A stretch of 64,000 bases of DNA, taken from Octopus sinensis. Taxonomy: Eukaryota. Below the pieces are notes generated by a model that had not been told where the DNA came from, ran no database searches, and saw only the letters and a list, made by a program, of their open reading frames with translations. Each line of letters begins with the position of its first letter. Position 1 is the stretch's first letter. The translations under genes were made by a program, and so were the position numbers. This document shows positions 38,874 to 52,800 of this stretch, piece after piece. The stretch lies in NCBI RefSeq assembly GCF_006345805.1, contig NC_043022.1, forward strand, positions 13,392,001 to 13,456,000, written 5' to 3'.

Positions 38874-41605
38874 CGTATATACGATGGGCTTCTTTCAGTT
38901 TCCGTCTACCAAATCCACTCACAAGGCATTGGTCGGCCCAGGGCTATAGCAGAAGACACTTGCCCAAGGTGCCACGCAGTGGGACTGAACCCGGAACCAT
39001 GTGGTTGGTTAGCAAGCTACTTACCACACAGCCATTCCTGCGCCTATAACATGTACTTTTCTCATTACTCTCCAACATTATTCACCCTATTATGAAAATA
39101 ATGTAACCTTGTTCTTAACTTGTATTATTTTCAGGAGTAAAAACATAAGAAAAACATTTTCTACAAGTTTCTTGTCCATTTCCTCTCAATTTTCCCCACT
39201 TCAAGAGCCGTATTCTTCTCCTTTTACTCCACATTCTTCAATGACCTTTTCAATCCTCTTTTGGAAATGTCACATTGTCTTTGGATTAAATTTATTCCCT
39301 CTATCAAAGGTCACTCCTAATCCTGTTTCATTATATTCTCCAGGTTTTGATTCCAGTATTTGCTTTAGGAAGAGCACAAGAATTGTGTATATTACTGGAG
39401 ACCTATTGGGACCGGATGAACCTAAAAGCACCCATTTATTTCTCGCTTGGGCTCACCGAGAAGGCTAGTAATAATTGCTTTATCTCTTTCTCTGTTCTGC
39501 ATAACTTTAAACCTTTAACCCTTTTGTTACCATGGTTCGGTCGAAATACATGGTCTTTCTTTTCAAATCATTGTGAAAATAATTAAGAATTCAGTAAAAT
39601 GATTTTGTCATTATTAAATTGATTTCTAAGGTGACAGAATCATTAGCATGCTGGTCAAAATGCTTGGTGGTGTTTTATCCTTTCAAGGTCAATGAAATAA
39701 ATACCAGTTGAGCACTGGGGTCAATGTAATTGACGTACCTCCACTCCTATAATTGCTGGCCTTGTGCCAAAATTTGAAACCAATACTAAGTTACCTAAGG
39801 CAGCAAGATGGCAGAATCGTTAGTATGCTGGACAAAAATGCTTAGCAGCATTTGACCATTCTTTACATTCTGAGTTTAAGTTCCACCAAGGTCCACTTTG
39901 CCTTTCATTCTTTCAGGGTTCATAAAGTAAGTACCAGTTGAGCACTGGGGTCGATGTAAATGACTTAGCTCCACTCCTAAAATTGCTAGCCTTGTGCCAA
40001 AATTTGAAACCCTGCTGTGTGTGCACGCAGAGGGCTATATTTCTATATTCACTTGACCAAGGTAACAGTTCACCTTAAATATTAAGATGCTGGTCAACCA
40101 AAGAGTTAGTTAATCTGTATGAATTCATAAAAATCCATGTCGAGACAGAATGAGGTGATTTTCCAAGGGATGGCATGGGAGGATCTGAGAATACTGGGGT
40201 CAGCTCTGAAGGGATGACAACAGGATTGGGATGACTGATGACACAGTGTGATGTACTCTTATCGAATCCTTGTAGACATCAAAGCAATACTGAAGAGGAT
40301 AACAAGGGGACTGTTCAAGCAAAGACATTTAATTCACAATGACCCTACCACTACAAGGCCAGGAGGTACCACGGTGGAACTACAGTTTTGTGCTACTGAG
40401 AATTAAATCTCTTTGATATTAATGAGACCAGGATATAGGGCAGATAACATTGATTCTTTGACTAATATTATGAAGTATATTGAGTTCTTCATAACCAGCT
40501 GATCTAGCAAGTGAGGGGGCCCGGTGCGCATTGATGCCGTCGAGAGGTAGGCCCCGAAACGGCGTGCATTCTCTCCTGATGACCCCATACACTTGCTAGC
40601 TTCCGGTATACGGAGCTTTTAACTGGTAGCACTTGCATGTGCAAGTTGTTTGCGAGACATCAGCTCTTTCACCTTCCTATAAAATGGTGCCATGGCGGAA
40701 ACTGCAGTTCTCTGCTGTAAGGAGCCAATTTGCAGTTAAGTGTACTGTGCTCCTCAGAATTAACTGGTTTGCTACCGTATTTCTGCTAAAATACAGATTT
40801 TATTAAAATAGATTTGTCATTATGTTACTGGTGTTTGGAATATAAAATAACATGAACTTTTGATGGGAGGTTTTAATCTTGCTCACTTCATAAGAAGTTT
40901 ATCTTTTGCTAGCTTCAGTCATTAGTCTGAGGCCATGCTGGAGCACTGCCTTGACAAATTTTTAGTGGAATCAATCAACCCCAGTACTTTTTTCTTAAGT
41001 ATAATACTTATTTGATTGAATTTTTATTTTTTTGCCAAACTGCAAGTTATGGGGATGTAAACACACCAACACCGGTTATCAAGTAGTGGTTGGTGACAAA
41101 CACACACACATATATCTACAACGAACTTCTTTCAGTTTTCATCTACCAAATCCACTCATAGTGCTTTGGTTGGTCCAAAGCTATATTAGAACACACTTGC
41201 TCAAGGTGCCTTACAGTGGGACTGAGCCTGGAACCATGTGGTTGGGAAGCAAGCATCTTACCACACAGCCACACCTGCATTTATATATCACAAAAGCAAT
41301 GGGGATCTCAGGGATATTGGTATCAAAAAGGTTCAAATATCTTTGAAAGCAAGTTACTAGGATATCGGATTCAAAACATTGGTTGTTCCACTGATAGGTC
41401 AGACGTGTTAATTAAACCAGCTGTGACTCTCGTTAATTGGCAAATATACTGATCTTGTATGTGTTTGTGTATATTTTGTAGGCAAACCATTATTACAAAC
41501 TGTTTATCACGTGGACCAGTCAGAAGATCAAGAAAACCTTTGTACAGCGGAACATGTTTGAGTTCAAACACATCAAGGTATTGTATTGTATACTATTGTC
41601 TTTGC

Positions 41606-41637
<32 letters not shown>

Positions 41638-44600
41638 CACACACACACAATATGATAAAGAACCCTAAAATTTGAGAATTTTTATTAAAAAAATATTTTT
41701 ATCATAAACAAAAATTGTTCTCATTACTATGAATGACAAAAACCGAGATAGTCCAAAGGTAATTGTTCTGGGACCAGGTATGATAGTTTATTACACACAT
41801 GTGAGTGAGAACACTTTGAGATATTTTTGGTATCTAACATATGTCAGATACTGCGAGCGCTGCTTCTGATTGGTCAATCCATGGCGATGACCCGAGGTCA
41901 CGGTGACAGCGCTGCTTCTGATTGGTCAATCCATGGTGATGACCCGAGGTCACGGTGACGGCACTACTTTTGTCATTCATAAGTTACAACTAAACGTGAA
42001 GAATTTAGTTATTGGGTTAATAAAATATGGTCGTTTATTCGTGTGTAATAAATAAAATACCAAACTCATTCCCTATGGATACCGTATTTATTACAACTCG
42101 TGGCTTGTAAATGTATCTAACTCGCTTTCGCTCGTTAGATACGTTTACAAGCCACTCGTTGTAATAAATACGGTATCCATAGGGAACTCATTTGGTATTC
42201 TCTATAGTAGTTGTAGTGATGTTAGCTGGTCATTGTGTGTTGCTGTCACCAGCCGTCCATTGTTTCTGCGCTGTTGCAGCACTCTGGTCAGCTGCTGATT
42301 CTGCTGCTGACTGCTATCTTCCATATCTGGTCTGATGTCTACTGTCCGTCATCTATCAGTTGTGGCTAAAATGTACTGAATATATATTCAGTGGTCTTGC
42401 TCAGTAAAAAGTGTGCCAGAGATGAAATTGTTGCTAGATCCAGTTCCACACAGAGTCTTGAATGGTTAGATTTCTTTTAATGACTTTGGTAATATTCTTG
42501 GGAATTGTGATCTTTTTCTTGAGTTGTTTCTTTTTCACATTGGATTTAGTGATCCAGATTTGATTGTTAAATATCTCAGCTAGATACATATATTGTTGCT
42601 ATGGTGATGAGAAGAGAAATACAGATGGAAAGCTTAGGGTCTTGATGGTTGTGATTACAATGATGATGAAGCGGTAGATGTCTTTTGAAGTTCATAAATA
42701 AGCAGTTGATGACTTGTGTGGAACTGGAATATGGACTAATTGTTCAAAGTAAACTCAAAGTCAGAAGGTACATAGCCTAGTGGTTAGGTTGTCAGGCTTA
42801 TGATTATAAGGCTATAGGTTCAGTTCCTGGACTGGGTGGTGTTTTGTGTTCTTGAGCAAGGCTCTTCATTTCACATTGCTCCAGTCTGCTCAGTTGTAAG
42901 TGAATACCAAATGGGAGCTGGTATAGCTCTCTCTCTTTCCCTTGACCCCCCTCTCTCTGGATGGAGAGATGGATGTCGGAGGTATATAGGGGTGGATATA
43001 ATGAGCAATGAACAAAGGTGGTGGGGAACACCAATGTCAGATATGAGAGAAGTTGTTTAAGAGTAACTCTGTGTAATCTTGTTGGGGATGTTGAGATGGC
43101 ATTAGTGATGCTGGTGAACGAACAAATGGAGACAACATTGAGAAGATTCTTTCATTTTGCTGAGGGACCAGATGACCTCTCTAGTGCTTGTGCCACAACA
43201 AAATTATGCTCTGTAAAGTGGTTGGTGATAGAAAGGGTATCCAGCTGTAGAAACCAAGCCAAGACACAAGATGTGGTCTCCAAGTATCTAGAAGAGCAGT
43301 AACTTGGAATATGAACTATGGAAACCTGTTTCACTCATATCAGCATGAAAAAAGTGAACATAAAACAATAGGTTGACATACGCAGATAGCTCAATACTGT
43401 AGTGATCAATGTGAAAGAAATACTTTTATGATTTGCTATGTTTTTATCAATTTATCTTTCAGCCATTTGATCGAGCTTTCATTGACAACCCTGGGGCAAT
43501 GGTAGTGTTTGCTACACCAGGAATGCTGCATGCTGGACTCTCATTACAAATCTTCCGCAAATGGGCTTCAAATGAAAACAACATGGTAAGTTGACTTCTC
43601 CTCTGCTGTGAGAAGTTACATTTTTCTTTATTTGTGCTTGTGTGTGAAGAAACTGTTGGAAGAAGTGCATAAAAATTCACCAAATTTTCTAATTGGTTGA
43701 ATTCAAATTGTCTTCTGGCTTCTGCGCCGGTGGCACATAAAAATCACCATCCGAATCTTGGCCGATGCCAGTGCCACCTTGGCTGGCTTCCGGGCCAGTA
43801 CGTAAAAAGCACCATCCAAATCGTGACCAATGCCAGCGCCGCCTTAACTGGCTTCCGTGCCGGTGGCACATAAAAAGCACCATCCGAATCGTGGCCGATG
43901 CCAGCCTCGCCTTGACTGGCTTCCATGCCGGTGGCACGTAAAATGCACCAATCCGATCATGGCCGTTGCCAGCCTCGCCTGGCACCTGTGCAGGTGGCAC
44001 GTAAAAAGCACCCACTACACTCACGGAGTGGTTGGCGTTAGGAAGGGCATCCAGCTGTAGAAACATTGCCAAATCAGACTGGAGCCTGGTGCAGCCTTCT
44101 GGCTTCCCAGATCCCCAGTCGAACTGTCCAACCCATGCCAGCATGGAAAGCAGACGTAAAACGATGAGGAGGAGGAGGAGGAGTTGCAAGTAAGACACAT
44201 CTCATAATACTGCAGCAAGGATCTGTGTCCTCTTTTTGTCTTTGTTAGATTGGCAATTTCATCTTGTGTGTCTCTGTACCAATAACATCAATGTAGTTGA
44301 GTGGTCTCTATCCTCTACTCAGCTGTGCAGATCTCCCTCTGATGAGATCTTTCGTTCAGTGCAATGGCAGTGTTCAGCAAAATTGACCCTGCATTGAGCA
44401 ATAATAGAAAAGATGGACGGAGTGAGTTCACAAATCTTTTCTCTGATTCTTGTGCTCTCTACTACTATGACAGAACCTGAAGTTGAGAACCAGCCCGTGG
44501 CCTTCTTTGATTTTTAAAAAAATTCTACATTTAAATTTTACTGTACCTGAGTCAGTTCAGTTCTATACATTTCCTAAAGGAAATTATCATTCTCTATAGT

Positions 44601-46256
44601 TAAAAGAAAAACAAATCCGTTTATAATGTGTGTGTGGGGCAAGGTGGCAGAAGAATTAGCAGGCCAAGCAAAATGTTTAGTGGTTTTTCATCTCTCCGTA
44701 CGTTCTGAGTTCAAATTCTGCCGAGGTCAGCTCTGCCTTTCATCCTTTCGGTGTCAGTGAAATAAGCACAAGTTCAGCACGGGGGTCAGTGTAACTGACT
44801 TATCCCCTTCCTCAAAACTGCTGGCCTTGTGCCAAAATTTGAATCCAATTGGAAACCAATATCTATGTGTGTACATGTGTCTACTTTCAGCTTATAATGC
44901 CTGGTTATTGTGTTGCTGGGACAGTGGGACACAAAGTGCTCAGTGGGGTCAAACGGTTGGAGTTTGAGAAACAAGTGGTGAGTGAATAATAATATTTATT
45001 ATTTTTATTTTCTTTTACGTTTTTCTTCTTGCGTCTATGGTGCACTCTAACATTAGAACTAAGATACTAACCAGCTTAGTGTACTAATCTGCTTTTTCAG
45101 TCACATTTGAAGTCCTGTGATTTATTTACAGGCATAGCATTTACAACACACGTGGGCCCTGATGATGATATAAGAGCTCCTGTGGGTCTTCACACAGACG
45201 CACACACACAGGGTCAATTAACAGTAATTCTTCTCAGGCATTTATCATTGGTTAAGTTTTTTTGCTTTAACCTTTTAGTATTTAAACTGACCATATCCAG
45301 CCAAAATATTCTACCTGTTTTATGCTTAAAATGGCCAGATCAGGTCTTTCACACCTGCCCTATAATGTCATTAAAAAAAATATACTATCATCATCGTTGT
45401 TTAACATTCACTTTCCATGCTGGCATGGGTTGGGTGGTTTGACTGAGGACTAGCAAGCCAGAAGGCTGCACTAGGCTCCAGTCTGATCTGGCAAGGTTTC
45501 TACAGCTGGATGCCCTTCCTAATGCCACTGGCACATGAGCCAGTCAGGCAGCACTAGCATTGACCACACTCAAATGGTACTTTTTACGTGCCACTAGCAT
45601 TGGTGCCAGTCAAGTGACAGTGGTACTAGTCATGCTCAAATGGAGCTTTTTACATATTCGATTCTATACCAATTATATATAGATACAGTGGTGCCCCTGC
45701 ATGGCCGCAGCTTTCAATTTAAAGAATTTAAAGAAATGTGTGTGTATGTAAAAGATCACAGAAAACAATTATTTTCCTTCTTGCCACCATTGGATCCAAT
45801 ATCATTCTGTATAAACAGTGATCTGTGACATGTGGCAGCCTAGCATTTCTCCTCATTGTTAACTTTCTTCATCGAAATTTCCCTTTTTTTTCCTAATTTA
45901 CCTACACCATGTATCACCCCCTCCATCCTACTCAACATTTCTTTTTTTCTCTCTCTCTCTTTCTCCTCCTCTTACTACCACCACCGCTGCATGTGACCCA
46001 TGCTTGATGGTGTTAAGCTGGAGGTGAAGCTGCAGGTGAGATACATGTCATTCAGTGCACATGCTGATGCTAAAGGTATAATGCAGTTGGTGTCGCAGTG
46101 TGAGCCACGTAACGTAATGTTAGTCCATGGAGAAGCAGCTAAAATGGATTTCCTCAAACAGAAAATTCAACAGGAATTTGGTAAGTTGACTCTGCTTTTC
46201 CTCTCGTTTCTTTCAGTTTTTGTTTTTCATCTGTCTTTATGTTTATTAATGTGTTT

Positions 46257-46298
<42 letters not shown>

Positions 46299-46855
46299 AA
46301 TGGCTCCTGTGCTGGTGGCACATAAAAAGCACCAACCAATTGTGGCCGATACCAGTACACCCTGTGCCAGTGGCACGTAAAAAGCACCCGCTACACTCTT
46401 GGAGTGGTTAGCATTAGGAAGAGCATCCAGCTGTAGAAACAATGCCAGATCAGACTGGAGCCTGGTGAAGCTGCTGGTTTGCCAGTCCCCAGTCAAACTG
46501 TCCAACCCATGCCAGCATGGAAAACAGATGTTATATATACACACGCATGCACGCGTGTGCACACACATGCCATGTTTTAAGACTGCAGGCTGGCAGAATT
46601 GTTAGCCCATTGGGCAAAATGCTTATTGGCATTTCGTCTGTCTTTATGTTCTGAGTTCAAATTCCACTGAGGTTGACTTTGTCTTTCAACCTTTCAAGTG
46701 TGATAAAATAAGTACCAGTCCACTATTCGGCTTCATTGTAATCAACTTACCTTGCCTTGAAATTGTTGGCCCTGTGCCAATATATATATATATACACTTA
46801 GTTTACGGGGACGTAAAGACACCAGCATTGGTTGTCAAGCGATGTTAGGGGACAA

Positions 46856-46888
<33 letters not shown>

Positions 46889-49800
46889 CATACATATGAT
46901 GGGCTTCTTCCAGTTTCTGTCTATCAAATCCACTTTCAAGGCTTTGGTCAGCCTGAGGCTATAGTAGAAGACACTTGCCCAAGGTGCTGTGCAGTGGGAT
47001 TGAATCCAAAACTATGTGCTTGGGAACCAAGCTTCTGAACCACACAGCCTTAATCTTATGGCCCTGTGTGTAACATCTCAGTATCCCTAATATCTTTGAT
47101 GCTCCAAGACAACAACTTCAAGAAGTGTTGCATGTTGTTATGATGTCCATGTCTTGTAACCCTCCTGTTTCTATATTTTCCTTACATCCTCTTGTTTCTC
47201 CCTTTCAGGAATCGACTGTTTCAAGCCAGCAAATGGTGAGACAGCTGTTATCCGGACAATACATAATGTTCCTTTAGACATTTCTGTAAATCTCTTGAAA
47301 CGAGAAGCTTCTTTATCAGGTTTGTGTTGATGTTCTTTCTTTTTATTTTTTAACATTTTGTTATTTTACTCTTTTATTCTGTCTACCAAATTCCTTCTTG
47401 TGAGGGAATTTGGTAGAAAGAAACCAAAAGAAACCTGTCATACACACACACACACTTTATAGATCCAATATAGGTCGAATCTCTTTCTCTCTTTTACTCT
47501 TTTACTTGTTTCAGTCATTTGACTGTGGCCATGCTGGAGCACCGCCTTTAATTGAGCAGCTCGACCCTGGAACTAATTCTTTTGTAAGCCCAGTACTTAT
47601 TCTATCGGTCTCTTTTGCTGAACCGCTAAGTAACGGGGACATAAACACACCAGCATCGGTTGTCAAGCAATGCTAGGGGGTCACACACAAACACACATAT
47701 GCATATATATATGACGGGCTTCCTTTTGTTTCCGTCTACCAAATCCACTCACAAGGCTTTGGTCGGCCTGAGGCTATAGTAGAAGACACATGCCCAAGGT
47801 GCCACGCAGTGGGACTGAACCCGGAACCATGTGGTTGGTAAACAAGCTACTTACCACACAGCCACTCCTGCGAATCATGAAAAAAGTACGCCATCCTGTG
47901 AGAGAATAAATATCAATTTAATTCACAATTACATACTTTTTTTCATTCTCATTTTTCCCCATTTTCTCACAGTCCAGTATCCTAGTTTTATATAAATTTA
48001 ACCTATGAACTGAGCCTGAAAATTAACAGTCACATCTTTGTAGTCTCAAAGCTACAAGATAATAATAATAATAATAATAATAATTGTGTACAGTGCTCAG
48101 GTGCACTACAACTCATCTAAAGTGCATATATAATCAGGTGTAGTTTTGGCGGATTTCGGAAAGCATGAGGGCCTTAAAGGATGCAGTGTCATGGCAGTCA
48201 ACAACTGACGCAGGCAGTTTATTCCATGCTTCAGCAACTCTGAGCGTGAAGAAATGTTTCCGAAAGTCATGGGAGCTGTGTTGTTTTCTGACTTTGTAAA
48301 TATGTCCACGTGTGTTAGACACATGGAGATCAAAAAGGTGTTCAGTGTTGTTGTTGGTGAGGTGGTTGATAACTTTGTGGGTGTTTACCAAGTCCGTCGC
48401 CAGACGCCGGAGCTTCAGTGAATCCATGCCCAGGGAAACAAGGCGTTCAGAATATGGTAGGTGTCTGATGGAGGGTATGCGTTTGGTTGCAGGTCTCTGG
48501 ACAGATTCCAGGAGGTCAATGTTCTGAGCAAAATAGGGGTTCCAATCTGATGATGCGAATTCCAAGTGTGGTCGTACTTGATTAATTTAAAGCAACATGA
48601 ATAAGCAAGCCTTCATGTAATGTCAATGTTAAAGGGTTCAGTATTGAAATATTTCCTTGCAGTATTTACTCCTGATGTAAAATTCTGTTGATTATTGACT
48701 TCACATTTCTTCCATCTCCAGCTAATATGTACCAGTCATATGTAGGGGTATAATCTACTATGCCAGCCTTTTAAAATTTTCTGCTCTTGTAACATGTGAG
48801 AACTCATTATGTTACCAAGTACCTCAAGGTGTGGCGAGCTGGCAGAATTGTTAGCACGCCGGGCGAAATACTTAGCGGTATTTCGCATGCCGTTACGTTC
48901 TGAGTTCAAATTCCGCCGAGGTCAACTTTGCCTTTTATCCTTTCGGGGTCGATTAAATAAGTACCAGTTACGCACTGGGCTCGATATAATTGACTTAGTC
49001 CGTTTGTCTGTCCTTGTTTGTCCACTCTACGTTTAGCCCCTTGTGGATAGTAAAGAAATAGGTATTTCGTCTGCTGTTATGTTCTGAGTTCAAATTCCGC
49101 CGAGGTCGACTTTGCCTGTCATCCTTTTGGGGTCGATAAATTAAGTACCAGTTACGCACTAGGGGTCGATGTAATCGACTTAATCCCTTTCTCTGTCCTT
49201 GTTTGTCCCCTCTAAATAAGTATCTCTTTTCTCATACAGGTTTGTCCGTTCCTGACCCCAAACGATTGCGAATTCTGAATGGAGCCCTTGTGATCAAAGC
49301 AAATGTAAATATATTTTCGTGCAATTTTCTTTCTATATTTTCCTATTCTTCTATTGTTTATGAGTTTACTCAGTTATTTTTGTGTGTGATTTAATCAATA
49401 CATTTGAATGTAAAGTTAATTAAAAGTATGCTAAGCGGGTATGATTAAAATACAGGTGTGTACAGGTCGCGCCACGTACAAAGCACCTATGCCAGCATCA
49501 CACAAAAGCACCCAGTGCACTCTGTAAAGTGGCTGGTGTTATAGGAAGGGCATCCAACTGGTGAAACCATGCCAAAACAGACGACTGCTGCCTGGTGCAG
49601 CTCTCCAGCTAGCCAGTTGGTGTCGTACTGTCCAACCCATGCCAGCATGGAAAACAGACGTTAAATGATGTTCTACATCTATTCAAACACGGAGAAATCT
49701 TTACTGTGAAACTGTGTCAAAGAGACAGATTCTCCTTGCAGACATTGTGTCTGTGTGATAACACACCGTGCTGTGCTACAATTGGCATCATTGGACTGGA

Positions 49801-52800
49801 GCAGTGGTTCCCAAAGTGGACAGTACCACCCACCTTATATATATATATATATATGTGGAGGCACAATGGCCCAGTGGTTAGGGCAGCAGACTCACGGTCG
49901 TAGGATCGCGGTTTCGATTCCCAGACCGGGTGTTGTGAGTGTTTATTGAGTGAAAACACCTAAAGCTCCAAGGGGGTGGTGATCCCTGCTGTACTCTTTC
50001 ACCACTCTTTCTCTCACTCGTTCTTCTGTTGGCCTGCTCGCTTAGCCAGCGGGGTGGCGTCATATGAAGGCTAAAACAATGCGAACACATTGTGACCAGC
50101 GATGTATAGCAACATCTGATGGTCTGGTCGGTCATGTGATATATGTATATATATGTGTATGTATGTATTGTATATGTTTGAGTGAGTGAGAGTGTGTGAA
50201 TGTTTACAAATTTACGCAGATATTACGGTTGGTGTTGATGTCATGCTCCACAATTATAAAGTAGGGGCCACTCTCTGTGTTTTACTGCTCCCTATGAATT
50301 ATATGAGGCGGATCAAAGGAATCGGTGATCATCATTGCTGGAGTGTCTTGTAATTAATGTTTGATGAAAGACTAGGAAGAGAGAGAGAGACAACATGTCT
50401 TTAGGGGGAACATGTGGAAGGGGTAGACCCAGGATATAAGGGATGAAGTGGTGAGAAGGGATCTACAGATATTGGGATTCACAGAGAGAACGGACAGAGG
50501 ACCGAGACCCTTGGCAGTTTGCTGTGGTTGAAAAAGTGGTTGGCATCAGGAAGGGCATCCAGCTGTAGAAACCCTGCCAAAACAACCATGGAGCTTGGGC
50601 AGTTCTTCAGCTGGTTAGCGCCTGTCTAACCATCCAACCCAGCATGGTTAGTGTTTGGAAGGGCATCCAGTCGTAGAAACCGTGCCAAAACGGACACTGT
50701 GGTCTGGTGTAGTCTTCTACGTGGCCAGTGCCTGTCTAACCATCCAACCCAGCATGGTTAGTGTTAGGAAGGGCATCAAGCTGTAGAAACCGTGCCAAGG
50801 CACAGTAACCTGGTGTTGTCTCTTCTACCTGGTCGGCTCCTCTCAAACCATCCAACCCATGCCAGCATGGAAAACAGATGTTAAATGATGATGAGGATGA
50901 TAGAGAGAGATAATCGTATACAGCCGTGTGGGTTCTTTTCCTGTACGGATTTCCTGTCAGAAACAAAACCCATCCTCAGTTCCTTCCCTGCATGCCAAGT
51001 GCTTACCATTTACGAACCATTGATCTGAAGGAATCAGAATTACAAAACCAACCCTTCTGGGATTTGAACCTGCTGACCACCTCCCATCTTCGCATAGGCA
51101 ACAGCAGCCCCTTTTTAGATATGTAATTTCATAATTCTTCTTCTGTCTTCATTCATATTTCTTGTGTTCTTGCTACAGAAAAGCCAACTTGTTGACCCAG
51201 CCCAGGCCATGCGGGAGTTGGGCCTGAAGCAGCATCAGCTTCGGTTCACATCTACTATTTCTCTTGATGACGATGGTCCCATCTCTGACAGCGCTGACAA
51301 ACTTTACCAAAAAATTAAAAAGTAAGCAAACTTGTCTTATCCATATTTTTTTTTTGTCTACTTGCTTTATTGGGATGAATTTTCATCTCTCTTTCTGTCT
51401 GTCTATCTTTCTATCTCTCTCTCTGATATTTGTTTTTTTACACAGTATTCTCTTTTACTTGTTTCAGTCATTTGACTGCGGCCATGCTGGAGCACTGCCT
51501 TTAGTCGAGCAAATCGACCCCGGGACTTATTCTTTCTAAACCCAGTACTTATTCTATCGGTCTCTTTTGCCGAACCGCTAAGTGACGGGGACGTAAACAC
51601 ACCAGCATCGGTTATCAAGCAATGTCGGGGGGACAAACACAGACACACAAACATACACACACACACATATATATATATATACAACAGGGTTCTTTCAGTT
51701 TCCATCTACCAAATCCACTCACAAGGCATTGGTTGGCCCAGGGCTATAGCAGAAGACACTTGCCCAAGATGCCACGCAGTAGGACTGAACCCGGAACCAT
51801 GTGGTTGGTTAGCAAGCTACTTACCACACAGCCACTCCTGTCTATAAGAAACGTTATCTTTGGATAAATACTGCCATAACAGGCCTGTCAACCATGTATA
51901 TTCATCAAGTATGATAAACAGATGACTGTTTTAATTTAATATTGTCTCATTCTCATATACCAGATATATATATAATGTAATTGTATGTGTGTTGTTGAAG
52001 ACTGTATTAAACTAAGAAATCTATTTCCAGCAAATTAAAAGACTACCCAATTCATTACTCATCGGACGGTTCCATCACAATTGCTGACACAGTTCTAGTA
52101 AAAGTGTCCGGAGATGAAGAAACCAAAGATATCGCTGTTTCATGGCTCCATCAGGTCAGAGTTCTTTTGTTTAGCCTTGTTTTTCATTTTATTTTGTTGT
52201 ATATTGAGAGAAAAATAACATCATTGGTTGCAAGTTTCCAATGAGCCACGCTTGGATGGTGCTTTTTACGTGCCACCGACACAGGTGCCAGATGAGGCTG
52301 GCGAACGGCCATGCTCGGATGGTGCTTTTTACGTGCCACCGACACAGGTGCCAGATGAGGCTGGCGAACGGCCATGCTCGGATGGTGCTTTTTACGTGCC
52401 ACTGACACAGGTGCCAGATGAGGCTGGCGAACGGCCATGCTCGGATGGTGCTTTTTACGTGCCACCGACACAGGTGCCAGATGAGGCTGGCGAACGGCCA
52501 CGCTCGTATGGTGCTTTTTACGTGCCACCGAGCATCATCATCATTGTCGTTAAACGTCCAATTTCCATGTTGGCATGGGTTGGACAGTTTGACTGAGGAC
52601 TGGCAAGCCAGGAGTCTGCACCATGCTCCAGTGTCCGTTGTGGCTTGGTTTCTACAGCTGGATGCCCTTCTTAATGCCAACCACTCCAAGAATGTAGTGA
52701 GTGCTTTTTACGTGCCACCGGCACATGAGCCAGTCAGGAGGCACTTGCATTGACCATGCTTGAATGGTGCTTTTCACATGCCACCAGCATGGGTGGCAGT

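Noticed and set aside
40504-40599. Box C/D snoRNA interpretation
   Set aside because: No proper C box near the 5' stem, and CUGA is not adjacent to the terminal stem. The hammerhead-type pairings explain more positions.
42205-42760. Possible decayed retroelement coding sequence
   Set aside because: No open frame or motif could be assigned with confidence by eye.
44330-44420. CUGAUGA...GAAA as a canonical hammerhead
   Set aside because: GAAA is itself paired and stems I-III cannot be formed in register.
44978-46017. U12-type intron, suggested by the odd acceptor
   Set aside because: The donor is GTGAGT, not GTATCCTT.
49857-49930. tRNA gene (also ~9110-9180 and other SINE heads)
   Set aside because: No closing acceptor stem, and the sequence continues into SINE bodies.
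52254-52530. CRISPR-like array
   Set aside because: Contiguous tandem units with no unique spacers, inside a eukaryotic retroposon, and no cas genes.
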